Of a stretch of 64,000 nucleotides of DNA, positions 1-14,760 are shown piece after piece. The position numbers were made by a program, and so were the translations under genes. Origin of the DNA: Tubiluchus corallicola (lineage: Eukaryota; Animalia; Priapulida); the NCBI GenBank assembly GCA_030141605.1, contig JAQGDQ010000993.1, forward strand, positions 8,148 to 72,147, in the 5' to 3' direction. The notes below the pieces were generated by a model. That model had not been told where the DNA came from, ran no database searches, and saw only the letters and a program-made list of their open reading frames with translations. Positions within the stretch are counted from its first letter, which is position 1, and each line of letters starts with the position of its first letter.

Positions 1-1195
1 CTTTGTTTATTTTATTCGGGAAAAGAAAACTTATTCTTTAGTACGTTTAGGTGTTAAAGCGGTTTTCATTAAAAATAATGCATGTAAGTATAATCGTCAT
101 TTTCGACATTCGTTATTTTGGATGAGTTTCACAAACACGTGTAATCTTGTCTTTTTAAAGGAAGACCGGGCTATTGTTTAGACTCAATCTCATTTTAATT
201 TACTATGCAAAATCTACATTTTCTTGCTTATAACAATTGTTCCTTATATTTGAATAATTAGCTTAGAAAGTTAATTAACGCCGACCGAACACAGCTATTG
301 CTTACAGTAAAGAGAAGATGATAATTGTATGATTAGTATTAGTAGTTCAGTAATGAAACGACTCTATGAAGGGGATATGAGAGATATGTAGAAATGAAGC
401 CATGATTTTAGGTGCGGCTGTCATGTGACTGAGTTCCATATATGGACATTGCCCGTCTGAATTGTCAGACTAGCAACAATTATAACGCATGCGCTGTGAG
501 TCCAAAAAGCTGAAGGAAGCCAAGTGGAATGAGAGATCAGATCACGGGGAATCTCGAGGAAGCAGGAACAGATCTTGGGCGGTTTGGCAGAGCTATGATA
601 TGTATTTTACCATGTAATATATTATTGTGAAATAAATGTGTTAGTCGCTCATCAATCCAGATCTTATAGCTTTGTCACCACCTCACGTCAATAAACGGCT
701 GCGGCCTCCTCAATAATCCACCAACAAGTACTACCACTATACGACACAGCTCATAAACATAACTTATAAACTTTACTCTTACGTCAGAAGCTAACCACAG
801 TTTGTGCAATGGCAGGCGTCTTCCCGTGCGCGTCAAGCACATTTGCATAAGTGTTACAGTACTGTTTAAACGCGTGATGTCACGAAAAATGGGCTTTACA
901 TCGTATGACGCCAGAAACTAGCACTACAGTTCGTAATCATGGTTATCCCGCTGCCGCCTTCTATTTCTCGGCCACGCGAATGTGACAAAAAGGCGTCGTT
1001 GCCAGTCTTAGTAGATTCACTGAGCTGTGCGTAGCTTTGAAAGTTTAACGAAATTTCAGTATCCGAGGTAATTATTATTTAATCTAAGCTTTGATTTAAT
1101 AAAAGCTATTGTAGTTTTCAATATTTTAGAGCATTCTTTATTCTGAACTCATCTTTACACAATCATCTGGTTTTCCATTAACTACATCTACTTAC

Positions 1196-4100
1196 TTAAC
1201 TGCTTCATCGTGATGCCGAATAAAGCTGTCATTCTTACGAATGTACATATGAGGTTTGACTGTCATGTTCCAATCCTGAAAAGATGGATTCATCCATGCA
1301 CCTGAATTCATTTTGAGTGGCTTCAACAGGCGGTCCTCAACAAGCTCTTCGTATGTTTTACCTGAACCGTCTAGGGCTTCAGCGATGCGTCCCGCCAGCA
1401 TGTAATAGTTGTTACTGTAGATGAAATCTGTCCTAAATGGTACTACTTCTTCCAAATATTGCAAACTACTAAATCGGTATAAAACAAATCAAGAGTTGTA
1501 ATTAATTGTGAACTAAATTAGATAATTAATCAGTGCTGTTATATCGAACCAAAGTCATGTTAAGAATCTCCAAGTATAGTAATTAATGGAAGATGGTACC
1601 CAATGGCTTTGGAAGAGGGAAAGATTTTTCGGGAAGCATAATTTTATTAGTTTTTGTTATTGCATGCTCTTGGTCATGCCATACTTAGATGGGCAACTAT
1701 AACTTTCTAGAAATGGTGTGCACAGCAAATAAGCATGGTACCACATCAGCAGAACCCGGTCCAATAATAAAAGCTTTGGACAGCTTCAAGAAATAACTCC
1801 TGAGCATAGCAACAACGTTGAAAGTCGACATTATGAACATGTGGCGTTGCTGTTCCTATTGTTTTACCCATTGATGTCATCTACCCATTGTTTTACCCAT
1901 TGATGTCATCTATCCATTGTTTTACCCATTGATGTCGTCTACCCATTGTTTTACCCATTGATGTCATCTACCCATTGTTTTACCCATTGATGTCATCTAC
2001 CCATTGTTTTACCGGTTGATGTCATCTACCCATTGTTTTACCCATTGATGTCATCTACCCATTGTTTTACCCATTGATGTCATCTACCCATTGTTTTACC
2101 CGTTGATGTCATCTACCCATTGTTTTACCCATTGATGTCATCTACCCATTGTTTTACCCGTTGATGTCATCTATCCATTGTTTTACCCGTTGATGTCATC
2201 TACCCATTGTTTTACCCATTGATGTCGTCTACCCATTGTTTTACCCATTGATGTCATCTACCCATTGTTTTACCCATTGATGTCATCTACCCATTGTTTT
2301 ACCGGTTGATGTCATCTACCCATTGTTTTACCCATTGATGTCATCTACCCATTGTTTTACCGGTTGATGTCATCTACCCATTGTTTTACCGGTTGATGTC
2401 ATCTACCCATTGTTTTGCCCATTGATGTCATCTACCCATTGTTTTACCCATTGATGTCGTCTATCCATTGTTTTACCCATTGATGTCATCTACCCATTGT
2501 TTCACCCATTGATGTCATCTACCCATTGTTTTACCCATTGATGTCATCTATCCATTGTTTTACCGGTTGATGTCATCTACCCATTGTTTTACCCCTTGAT
2601 GTCATCTACCCATTGTTTTACCAATTGATGTCATCTACCCATTGTTTTACCCCTTGATGTCATCTACCCATTGTTTTACCCATTGATGTCATCTACCCAT
2701 TGTTTTACCCATTGATGTCATCTACCCATTGTTTTACCCATTGATGTCATCTACCCATTGTTTTACCCATTGATGTCATCTACCCATTGTTTTACCCATT
2801 GATGTCATCTACCCATTGTTTTACCCATTGATGTCATCTACCCATTGTTTTACCCATTGATGTCATCTACCCATTGTTTTACCCATTGATGTCATCTACC
2901 CATTGTTTTACCCCTTGATGTCATCTACCCATTGTTTTACCCATTGATGTCATCTACCCATTGTTTTACCCATTGATGTCATCTACCCATTGTTTTACCC
3001 ATTGATGTCATCTACCCATTGTTTTACCCATTGATGTCATCTACCCATTGTTTTACCCATTGATGTCATCTACCCATTGTTTTACCCATTGATGTCATCT
3101 ACCCATTGTTTTACCCATTGATGTCATCTACCCATTGTTTTACCATTGATGTCATCTACCCATTGTTTTACCATTGATGTCATCTACCCATTGTTTTACC
3201 CATTGATGTCATCTACCCATTGTTTTACCCATTGATGTCATCTACCCATTGTTTTACCCATTGATGTCATCTCCCATTGTTTTACCGTTGATGTCATCTA
3301 CCCATTGTTTTACCCATTGATGTCATCTACCCATTGTTTTACCCATTGATGTCATCTACCCATTGTTTTACCCATTGATGTCATCTACCCATTGTTTTAC
3401 CCATTGATGTCATCTACCCATTGTTTTACCCATTGATGTCATCTACCCATTGTTTTACCCATCTAGCACTGGTCATATGCTCTCAAATAGTTTTCTAAAT
3501 TTAACTGTCAGAAACAATTTGCTTATTATAGAGTAATGCAATAGACAATTTGCTTATTATGTCTAATGGGTAATTTTGAACTATATTCCAAACTAATGTA
3601 CGGTCTAAGAATAGCCCTACTTTTCTTATACCTAGCCAGTTGTTTTGAGTCAGTGTTCCGATGTTCTCCCATAATCATGGACCCATCAAAACTCTGGGAT
3701 CCCATTCTGTGAGCCAGCAGGTCTTGCAACAGACCGTGTTCGGTTCGTTGTTCATCGTGAAGTCTGATGTCTTGTCCAAGAAGATCCCGTATTTTACTGT
3801 TAAAACTGTATTTCCTGGTAGAAAATAACATAAAATAAGTGAAATGTACATCCGGCATGACTGAATGTGTTTGTCACAATTAATTGTACATATTTGATAG
3901 TTATTTATCCAAAATACCTATCCCTGCCCCTCCGCTCGTGACAAGATGCCCTGCCCTGCCTATTTCACGCACACTGCCCTGCCTATTTCATCTTGTCTAG
4001 AAAGATTATATGAATGTGTTCTTATGGAGCTGATGAGTATAATTACGTCTGATAATTATTTTCAATATTTGGCTCTTTTTCCGTCATTAGTTTAGCTAGT

Positions 4101-4290
4101 AGTGTTGCCGTAAAGCTTTTTGTCACCGAGACGGCTTCTCCAGTCTCTACATCAGCCAAGCCAAATGCTTTGCTATAAACGATTTCATCATCACGTACCA
4201 TGACTATGCTGATTCCTGGTCCAAAATGGTGACAGCCCATCAGCTGAAAAACAATCATTTGAAACACAAACTCCAACAGAGAGAGAGAGA

Positions 4291-4339
<49 letters not shown>

Positions 4340-5645
4340 AGGAAGCGAGAGAGAGAGAGAGGGGGGAGAGGGGGAGCGAGAGGGAGAGAAAGAGGGAGAG
4401 AAAATCAGCGATCAAAATGAGCCTGCGAATGTAGCTGAACAGAGATGTAAAAATCAAGGATAGCCAAAGCTCGCCAGATTTTGTTAGGCATTTCAAAAGG
4501 GTTTTTAGAGCAGACAGAAACCTAAAATTTGGTAGCGGATACTTTGTCACAGTAACACATCCACTACAATAGTGAATAGTGTTGGAAACGGCATATCCAG
4601 GCATTTGGGCAGAAAAACTGATTAAGCGAGCAATCCATTACTTCACACTCCGGAGCAGTTTTTTGCTTAAAATTATTCATTTTATTCATTTTTTTCTTTC
4701 AATTCACATTTTTTGAGTTTAAAAATTTATGATAATGATTACAAGCTAATTTTGTCTATAATTTTGTTATAATGTTGTCTTTTCAGTCGCTAGGCTAACA
4801 TCAATTAAATTAGGGCCGCCTTGGCTTGATAACTGTTTTTTACACCACCCTGTACCATTTACCAAATCCACAACTGTATGAGATGAGATGAGATGAGATG
4901 AGATGAGATGAGATGAGATGAGATGAGATGAGATGAGATGAGATGAGATGAGATAAGAGATAAGATAAGATAATATTTATTTTCATCGGTATGATATAAA
5001 ACAGTACATATTTGTAAAACATGAGCTTAAAGTTCGTAAACCGATATCACACATAATGTATATAAGTGATAACATGGTAATATGTACTTCCTAAATCTTT
5101 TGGATGCTACCAAAGGTATTGGTACAAGAAAAATTAAAACTACATGAAGACAGTAAAAAAACTGCGACAGTTAAGAATTGAGACGGTAAAAATTTTAGGC
5201 AGTAACATTTTATAAAATTTACACAAAAAGCTATCTAGGTCAATAAAAATTTTTCCTGCCAACATTTCAGCATTTAATTACGACTTAACAAAATTGGGAA
5301 GTTCCCTGAATTTACAAATGGCACATTTACATGATACACCAGTCCATGAGTTAATTAGACGTTTAAATTCCCCAAGATTTTCGGCCATTCGGAGACAGTT
5401 TGGTAATTCATTCCACAGTGTGGCTCCATAATAGGAGAAACTTTTCTTGAAAGTTAACTTTGACACTAACGCAAGTCGTAGAACTCAAATCATTCAAAAC
5501 GCAGAATACGTAGAAACAGGTTTCTGTTCATATGCAGTTGTGAATGCAAACAAACCAAATTCAGTGTCAGAATAGTTTTGTAAAATCAAATAAAAAATAA
5601 TAGTTTGATAATGAAATAATTTTTATTATAACGTTATTCAACACA

Positions 5646-5687
<42 letters not shown>

Positions 5688-6433
5688 ATGAATCACATGT
5701 CCAGGGGCATGATTCTGCTCACCTCCCTATGCCAGGACTCCCTACTCGCTGCAATGCCCCAAGTACATTTATTTCTAAGGACCAATGCTGAAGTGCTCAA
5801 ATATTTATGTGCAAAATCTAAATGTGTTAACATTTGTCCTCTTGCAGGTTTTTTAGCTGTTTCTATGGCTTGTTGGAGAGCTATCTTTACTGGACTATCA
5901 TCAGGTAGTGTAAGCATATGCCCAATCCATTTTAAATGGCGTCTTTTTATTTTTCTTGTCCAATGTTCTTCTTTTATTTTTTATATAGATCTTTGTTTGA
6001 AATTTTTTCTTTGGCCATCTAATACCCAAAATGTTTCTGTAATTTCGCCTTTGAAACGCATCGATTTCAGCTTTATGATTTGCTTTTAATGTCCAGAGCT
6101 CAGAGTTGAACAGAAATACAGTTTCAACTAAGGCTGAGAATATTCTAATTTTTGTTTCCAAAGAAATCTTGCTATTCCAACACACATAAGCAGTTCAATG
6201 AAAAACGCGTACAACTACAGCGTGGCAGGTTTACTTCGATTGCGTTAAGATAATTAATATAACTTATTGATATAAGAGAGAAACTGTTTACATACCGATT
6301 TTACAAAGTTGTCCATTGATTCTTCCTTTTCTTGAGAAAGCTTATTCGCTTCTGACTGTGGTGTAGCAAATAAAATTAATTTATACGTGTGTAAAGCGAG
6401 TGCCAAATTTACATAGACCTTTGCTTTGGGCAT
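1196..6433 (-). CDS. Mirror copy of beta-lactamase-family gene, exons 1-4 (3' part lies beyond the window edge if present)
   Basis: Exons 6433-6296, 4243-4047, 3814-3632 and 1465-1196 mirror the right copy. Confidence 0.8.
1858..3462. repeat. 29-bp tandem minisatellite (ttttacccattgatgtcatctacccattg), about 55 copies; mirror 52297..53901
   Basis: Period 29 read directly from the sequence; intronic in the beta-lactamase gene. Confidence 0.95.
4878..5466 (-). mobile_element. 3' remnant of CR1/L2-group LINE with AATAAA and (ATCTC)n tail; mirror 50295..50880
   Basis: KKSFSYYGATLWNELP..F K is typical of the ORF2 C-terminus; followed by a UTR, aataaa and a microsatellite tail. Confidence 0.6.
5647..6185 (-). 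mobile_element. 3' remnant of RTE-like LINE with (GAT)n tail; mirror 49576..50114
   Basis: Frameshifted KIRIFSALVETVFLFNSELW..AFQRR..RNILGIRW..KWIGHML..P..K, then W..A..R..W and a (GAT)n tail. Confidence 0.75.
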
Positions 6434-7866
6434 GATTGCTGTAAAAGATGTTGCATCAACAGTGCATATCAAATTTGAGAAAAACAATGCACAAAAATAT
6501 TGTTTCTTTTTTCAAACTTTTTATCTTGACTTGGAACGGTATTTGTATGATTTTCTTATTTTTGCACGGAAAAGAATCTTTTGTAAATAAAGCAGAAACT
6601 AGCTTGCTACAAAGTCACCATGGCAACAATTACACATGCAATGTATTCTGGGAAGTTATGACGTTTAATTTGAATATCAAAGTAATAATAATTCTGTATG
6701 TAGTCCTGGAGTCCTAAGCTCAAAACGAGGCCGGGATTTGCTCAGTCTGGTAACTAATGGCGACTCTTAGCTAAAATTAGCAGGGGTTGCCGCAAAATTA
6801 AAAAACTTTTAACCATTGTTTTAATATTGTGTAAAACGAAACAAACGTATGCAATTATAATGCCGTAATTGTAATTTTAAACAAATAAGCTAATTTAAAC
6901 ATAACCTTGATAAACTACTAAACAAAAAATATTGTTTTTTTACGAATAGCTTAAATTGTCGCAGTTCAAGAATATTACGATACACGCCTTTTAAACACGT
7001 GACAACTGACAAACGAGTACTGCAGTGAGCGACAGTACTCTTTCTACCTAAAGTACAGCGTCTGTCCTCAGATATGTGCGATGGCCGCATGCGCACAGCA
7101 GCCCAAACATCACGTTGCTTGGACTGTGAAGCAAATTGTACTTCCCTCACATGCTCCGGTTCCGCACAAGTGTAAAGAAAGAACTAAAGAAAGCAGATTA
7201 TTATATTGAATATCATCGATAATAATGAATGAAAACAGGGGGCGCTGCAGTAGCACAGTACCTACACGCGAGCTGCCACTGCTGGCAACCAGTTTTTTTA
7301 CTTATATTAACCACACTTAGATCACCAAATGCTAACCTAACCGACAGTTAGACTGACCTAACAAACGAACTGATGATGAATTCGAACAGTTTGTACATCA
7401 GGATGTACGTCAACAGCTTTTTGCTTTAAATTCATTTGATTTGATTTACTTAATTTTTCTTTTCGATATTTGATTTGGTATGGTCTATTTGTACTCTTTT
7501 TAAAATCAACGAGAAAACAGTGCTGCTGAAACAGTTACTGCTGCTTGCATATGCTTAATAGCCTACATTCATAAACCTAATACAATCAGTCATTGCAATC
7601 ATAACAGTTAGGTCTATATTCAGCACACAAACTTCAGGTAGCTAATTTAAAACATCATTAAATGATAACTAATGTTGGTGTGTGAAAAATTTAAAAATAC
7701 AATTTGCAATAGATCTCTTTATAATTTACTCAGCTTCAGGCCTAAAATATAAATTGCACTGGTACAGAGATTAGAATAAAAAGATACAAATTATTTCAAA
7801 AGGTGATAACAAATACGAATACTGAAATAGTTAAATTGATACAAGAGATGATATATTAATAAATAG

Positions 7867-8156
7867 TTACAATTCCCGACACAATTTAAATATCTTACAC
7901 CTAACCCTAACTCTAACCCTAACCCTAACTCTGACCCTAAACCATGACTCTAACTCTAACCCTAACCCTAAGCCACCCTAACCCAAACCCTAAGGCACCC
8001 TAACCTTAACATTAAGCTACTCTAACCCTAACCCTCCCTAACCATAACTACAACCTTAACCCTAAGCCACCCTAACCCTAATCCGTGAACTCCATGACTA
8101 ACTTCATGAACCCTAATAACTTCATGAACTTATCTCTTGTGTGTAGGGAATTGTAA
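7867..8156. mobile_element. MITE-like element with about 16-bp TIRs enclosing degenerate (CCCTAA)n; mirror 47605..47894
   Basis: ttacaattcccgacac ... gtgtagggaattgtaa; telomere-like hexamers at 7899-8082. Confidence 0.6.
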
Positions 8157-9467
8157 ACTTTACACTAAAGCATCTCTTGTGCCCATCTAACTATTTCAGT
8201 GTGTTTATTTATTTATTATTAGGCACAAAAATATTTATAGGTATTAGTGCGTTAATAAAAAAAAAACAGCGAATAGGTTTGTACAAAAGTTCAGAGCAAA
8301 GAGCTACAGAAAAAAGCCACTTTGAGTTAAAAATTTGCAAATCTCAGTTAAATCTGTGAGGCCACAGTTAAATCAGAGACGTTTCAAAAGAGGTAGATAG
8401 GCCTACATATCTATATATATATCTAAATATATATCTATAAATATCTATATCTATATATCTAAATTGATAGGTTCGTCGATAGACCTACATTGTTTAATTC
8501 AGTAGGCCTATTTCAACTGACTTAATAAAATATTAGTGTCATGGCATGCCGGATTTTCATGCAGACGGTCGAGTTCAAATCCCCGCAATAATTTTTTTGT
8601 AGGGAGGACTGAAAAAATCCCAATCTCCGTTGACAATGGAGAAGAAAGGGAATTATTATTATTATTATTATAATTCTATATTTTTAAAAACTATGTACAG
8701 AATACATTCCCTCTATTTGTAGCAATATGTTTCAAATTTCTAAAAGCGTTTACAACATATTAAACATATTCACTTATATATAATTTAGAATCCAACGCAT
8801 GAGACACATTGAACGACAACAAATATACAATAGACATAGTTTAAAATTATAATCCAACACTACATACATACATAATAAACAATAACTAACATATTTTAAT
8901 ACTTAGTAACAAAAATTTACACACATTATACACAATGACAAACAGCGAGTACAATTATAATAAACATAATTACCAATTCTAATGTTAATTCGCATAATCA
9001 TAAATAAAAACAAAACAGCATATAGAAAACACGACGAGAGTTGTAAAATTTCATCACGAACAGACTATTTATATACAGGCGAAAGACGATAAAAATTTAT
9101 CCGAGATAAGATTTGCAAAAGCTTTTATAGCATTATTAACCTGGCTAGAGAAAACATAGTACGAATCTAACGTGCTAATAAAATCATTTCTTTTGGCTTG
9201 GCTTTCTAATATATATTCAAATAATAAATGATGTACAGACTGAGGGCTTAATAACAGTTACATGTGCTCTATGAACTGTGGTAATTGTTCGCGAAGCTCA
9301 TTCTGATGACGCGTTACTATAGTTACTGCATTGTACTAGAAATCATATTGTGATTGCTAAACGTTCCAATATTTGAGCAGCTCAAACTTGCTTCTTCAAC
9401 ATGTCATATCGTTTTGAAAGTCATTTAAGTGCAACGACATCAACTCATTGACTTTTTTTACAACAAG

Positions 9468-12380
9468 ATGGAGGCATGTAAAGTTTCTTTAGGCTTATCT
9501 GCCATATTTGTTATTGTTGCGACGTACATCCAGCCAGGGTTTTCAGACTTCTGTGAGAAGATTGAATGTCCTCAATGCTTTCACGTCACGAATTATTACA
9601 ATGAAGACAATTGTACTATATTCTGCAGGCCGAACCGTGAATATCTGTGCTCCATTGGAATACCATTGCTTGAAGACCATTGCTTGACGTCTGGGGACCT
9701 TCAAAATATAGCTGATAAACTTCCTCAACCTATAAGCCACGTTTACATTGAACGTTTAGACTGGGATGGTGGTCTGACTGGAGAAGGAGATGTTTTCTAC
9801 ATGAAATTTCCAGGCAAGTCAGTGAAATCATTAAATATAATACAAAGCAAATTCACTAAGTTGTATCAGCATTGTCTTGAGGGTACTATTGAAGAACTGA
9901 ACTTCTCGTTTAACCATAATCTTGTACAGATACACCCAAAGGCTTTTGCTAAGGTAGATGGTCTGAGAACGCTGAAGATTCGATTTACCCACCCAAAACT
10001 GAAGATTCCTGCATTGGATTTGACTCAGAGTTTAAATTTCGAGCTTTTGTACGCAGAAGGGGTGAAGAGGATAAACAAACCTCAGCTACACGAGAGTGTA
10101 CCCTCCTCTAATGTTACTGTAATAGTAAAAGGTAAGTCTCATCTTTCGCAAATCAAAATGATAAAGTGTCTATGGTGAATCACTACATTTTGTAAAATTG
10201 TAAGAGAAGGAAACCTGTCGTCAAGTTGGTAGACAGTTTTTAGAGGTTTGGAGTAAGGAATACTAGACCAGAGTTAGGTATAGCCAAAATTTGTGAGAGA
10301 TGTCGTAAAAACATATTCCTATTCTGAGCTCCAAACAGTTATGTGGTTGCGTGAGCAATCCCCTTAGCATCCGCCACGTTCTAGTCCATTGAGATCGCCA
10401 TGAAAGTTTATAGGAACATATTTTAGAATAAGCTCCACATTCGATTGGCGTAATCGTATTTTCGATCTACCATTTTGAGATTGAAATGGCAGCAGTAACA
10501 TCATTTTTGAAAAGAGCTCAAGGCTCTGCCAAATCGCAGTGGATCATCACAAAACTTTGCTGAGTTCGGGATTTTGATTTTCGGTCCAATGCTTCGAATT
10601 CAAGATGGCGACGTAACACCATTTTTGAAAAAAATCTAAGGCTCCGCCAACTCGTAGTCGGTTGTCATGAAGCTTTACTGAGATATACTAGAACAAATTC
10701 TGCATCGATTTTCCATTTGCCATCTTAAATTCAAGATGACGACATTGATGTCTTTTCAAGTATGTTAGCAGTCGTACGTGATCATTAGCGAACCAGCTTA
10801 ATTCAGAAGGTGAACCATCGCATGAAATACATGGTAAAGTTGCTCCAGCTAATAAACACAGTGAGTAACAGTCAGCAGAATGCGACGAAGCAAAACTTAA
10901 AAAATTTAACCAAATTCTGCTATTTTTTATAAAACACCGGTCTGTAAAGCTTTCAAAACTCTTCGCGTTGTTCATGACTCATTTAAATTACTCAGTACTC
11001 ATTTGCTAACAAGGATTTCATTTTCAGGTTACCATCTGAAATGTGACAAGAAGCTTAGCTGGGCTATAGAGGAACACTTAAAATGGGAACCTAAATGGAA
11101 CATAAGCATGACATGCGGTGAACCTAAACGTTTTTTTGGATTCGATTTGGCAGATTTAGCTTGCCCAATTCTTGGTAAATGCATTCAGTAAATGCATTTT
11201 ATTTTTAGAGAACCTTTTACTTTTTGTTGTATTACCAAAAAAACACTTTTATTATTCGTTGTTTTATTTTTTAGAAAACATATTGTTTTAGAAACGTTTA
11301 CCGTACAAAACAATTTTATCGTTTACTGTTTTATTTTACAAATTCTTTTTTCCTTTGTAATTAAATACAGTAATGTTAATTCAGTGACATGCCTATACCT
11401 GTTGTATACGCCAGCAATGTAATACTTTAATGTTCAAGCAATTTAATGTTTTCGTAAGTATTATGCGTTTTTTAAATATTTATTTTTTTAACTTGTTCAC
11501 TTGTGGTTTAATGTTCGAAATAAATTAGATATAATAAAGATATCTGGTGCTTTTAAGCGAATTGCAAATCAACATTAAATCAATGAACACCTGTACTGGC
11601 AGTTTTTCAAATTGCTTTAAAGCCCAAGAAAACCCTCAACTTATATCAAGCTTCATATTTTATATCACTTGCATACTACCATTGTACATATTAGACTTGC
11701 GTCTGCTGTCATGCTGTATAAAACTTGTAAATTGAAACTCCCGCGATGACTGTTTTACGCAGCCATTTTGACGATAAGTTATTTGAAACCAATTTAGATA
11801 ACATCTTGTAAAGTTTAAAAAAATAATCAGAGCATTCGTAGGGCACAAGTCACTAACGGAATAAAATTTAAAATTACTGTATCTTGTCATTAAGATTAAA
11901 AACTAAGTTTTTGGTTAGTGAGTGGTGCACCCCGGAGGGTGAGTCAGCGACATGGTACCAATTGCTGAAAATATTTTACATGATTAATAATTTTTTTCTA
12001 GTTACATAAGTCTTTCCCGCAGATAAGCGAAATGCTAAGTAATACGGATTTGCATGGAAAGTTTTTTGGGACATAATTTAACATTTCCTTTTCTTCCCCT
12101 GATTTACCTGTTTTAGTGACGTCATGTAATGGTGCCGTCGGAACAATATTGCGCGAAATTTAAAATGCAATCAAACGAAAATTACTTTCAACACGAATAC
12201 CATAGGTGCATAAAATTGCTATGAAGTAGTGTAATTTTTAAGGCAATTTTTCTGAAACTTATTTCAGGTATCCCTTTTCTTCTCCTTCAAGGGTAAAAAG
12301 ATAATGTTTTAGTTAATCCTGTTTTAGGAGATTCAGATAAAGACGATACAAGAATTACATATGTACTGTATATTGCATAA
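9468..12380 (+). CDS. Secreted Cys-rich/leucine-rich-repeat protein with LRRCT cap (about 287 aa)
   Basis: Signal peptide MEACKVSLGLSAIFVIVATYIQPGFS; LRR-like IEELNFSFNHNLVQIHPKAF..LRTLKI. Exon 9468-10131, then exon 11028-11174 encoding LKCDKKLSW..C.EP..G.DLADLAC (LRRCT-like). Tentative last exon 12328-12380 is followed by AATAAA. Confidence 0.7.
11617..12290. mobile_element. Non-autonomous Kolobok-like element in LRR gene intron (mirror 43445..44118)
   Basis: ttaa|agcccaagaaaaccc ... cccttttcttctcct|tcaa; imperfect TIR AGnnnAAGAAAA; homologous to the spacer copy. Confidence 0.65.
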
Positions 12381-12683
12381 TCCCATCAAGCATCAAACAA
12401 TTTTCTTCTTATATAAATAAAAAGGTATCTGCATCTTGATTACATACACTATTAATTAAATTTAAAACTAAACTTGAAAAACAAGAACTGTGAAAAAGTT
12501 GTAACAGAACCAGGATTTGAACAAGGGACCTTCTGTTTACAAGACACGCTTTACAAGATGTGCGCTAGACTACGTACTCTCCAGCGGTTATAACAGTAGA
12601 AATAATTTCGTTCTTCACAACTGACCAACAAGGTAGACATTTCCAATGTTAGATTGTTTACGATAGAGTGATTCTTACTAAGA

Positions 12684-12835
12684 TTCAAACACTGAACTCT
12701 GTCCACATGGTCCTTTAAAACACTAACATTCAAAAGAATCACATTCAATCACTGAACTCTGTCTACATGGTCGTTCAAAACACTTACATTCAAAAGAATC
12801 ACATTCAAACACTGAACTCTGTCCACACGGTCCTT
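12684..12835. repeat. About 60-bp tandem repeat, about 2.5 copies; mirror about 42900..43051
   Basis: ttcaaacactgaactctgtccacatggtc recurs at about 12684, 12744 and 12804. Confidence 0.8.
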
Positions 12836-13120
12836 CCAAATTCTAACAAAACACAAAACACAAGACAACGAGCTTCGTCTATATCATTTGCATCTGAAAA
12901 GGAAAACGAAATCAGAGGAAAAAGAATTTTTTGGGTAAAAAGTGGTTGCAGCAAACAAATGAAAGAAAACGTTGTTATCAGAATATATTAGAGAACTGAA
13001 AGCAGAAGTAGGACATTTTATTCAGATAACACCAAGTATGTTCGACCACTTGCTGGAAAATTTTCACTTCAATGTACAAGAATGACAATAGAAAGGGCAG
13101 ACTCTCTTTCTCCCTCCCCC

Positions 13121-13787
<667 letters not shown>

Positions 13788-14760
13788 GAGCACACAAACA
13801 GGAGGAAGACAGACAGAGAGAATCTCATGCAAATAATCAGAAAAGTTCTTTTGTAAAAGTTGTTTCTTGTACTATCTTTGTACTCAGTTAGGCGTTTATC
13901 ATATAACATTGTATTCTCTTCCACTTACAATATTATTGTTTCAGTTTTTATCAGCCATTGTGCAATGTGCAGTTTATAAGCACGTATAGACCAGTAGAGA
14001 TTTCTTTTTTCAGCTAACTGCCTTGCCGATTACGTATTAACAAAGCCCACTTCCGATTGCAATCTAGTGGGAAAAACGCGCGGTTTTTGTAAAAAAAATC
14101 GCTCAGAGAGCAATGAGTGCTGGAAACGGCGCGGGCGATTATTTGTCCCGCATTGTGTATGAACAACGGCACCTGTAAAATCGTAGAGCAATTAAGAGGG
14201 GAAAACCCCGCGGTTTCCTGCCTTTTGTATAAACGGACGACAAGGCTATAATATTTCTTTCGTGCTACATGTATTTGCGCGCACATATATTCTCTTTTCT
14301 AATCTCTTCCGTAATCCTAGCTCAAGCAAATTTCGGAATTGGACAGGATTTCAATCCAGAAAATTGTTTTCTTGAAATTTATCAATGTATAAGGTTTCTG
14401 TTTTAATTGCGACATGTAACAAAACGCCGAAAGAAGACCTACACGACTTACGTTTTCCACTATATAAGAACTAATAGACTCAGTTAGCGTAACAGTCTGT
14501 TGTTGAGCAAAGCAGGCTTAATTCTGGGTTTTCAGGAGATAATATTCTGAACGATTTCTCAAAAGCAATGTAACTAACATAACCACTTGGAAAATCGTGC
14601 CTTGTTTACTAAACATATGCTTTTCAAAACTTGCATCTTTATTGTGACATCTTTTCTTATGTTGTTTACAAACAGGAATAGGTGTTTTCATTTGGTTACA
14701 TTGTTGGGGAAAAACATATTTTTATTGTTTTTACAGTGGCAGCCATTATTTTTTCATAAA

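Noticed and set aside
1858-3462. CRISPR array (29-bp repeats)
   Set aside because: Units are head-to-tail with no unique spacers, there are no cas genes, and the context is a eukaryotic intron.
7899-8082. True telomere or chromosome-fusion site
   Set aside because: Short, degenerate, enclosed by TIRs and far from the palindrome centre.
14587-14760. N-terminal 58-aa extension of the GPCR ORF
   Set aside because: Starts at TTG and spans a polypyrimidine tract and acceptor (ttttttacag, 14736), so it is probably intron or UTR.
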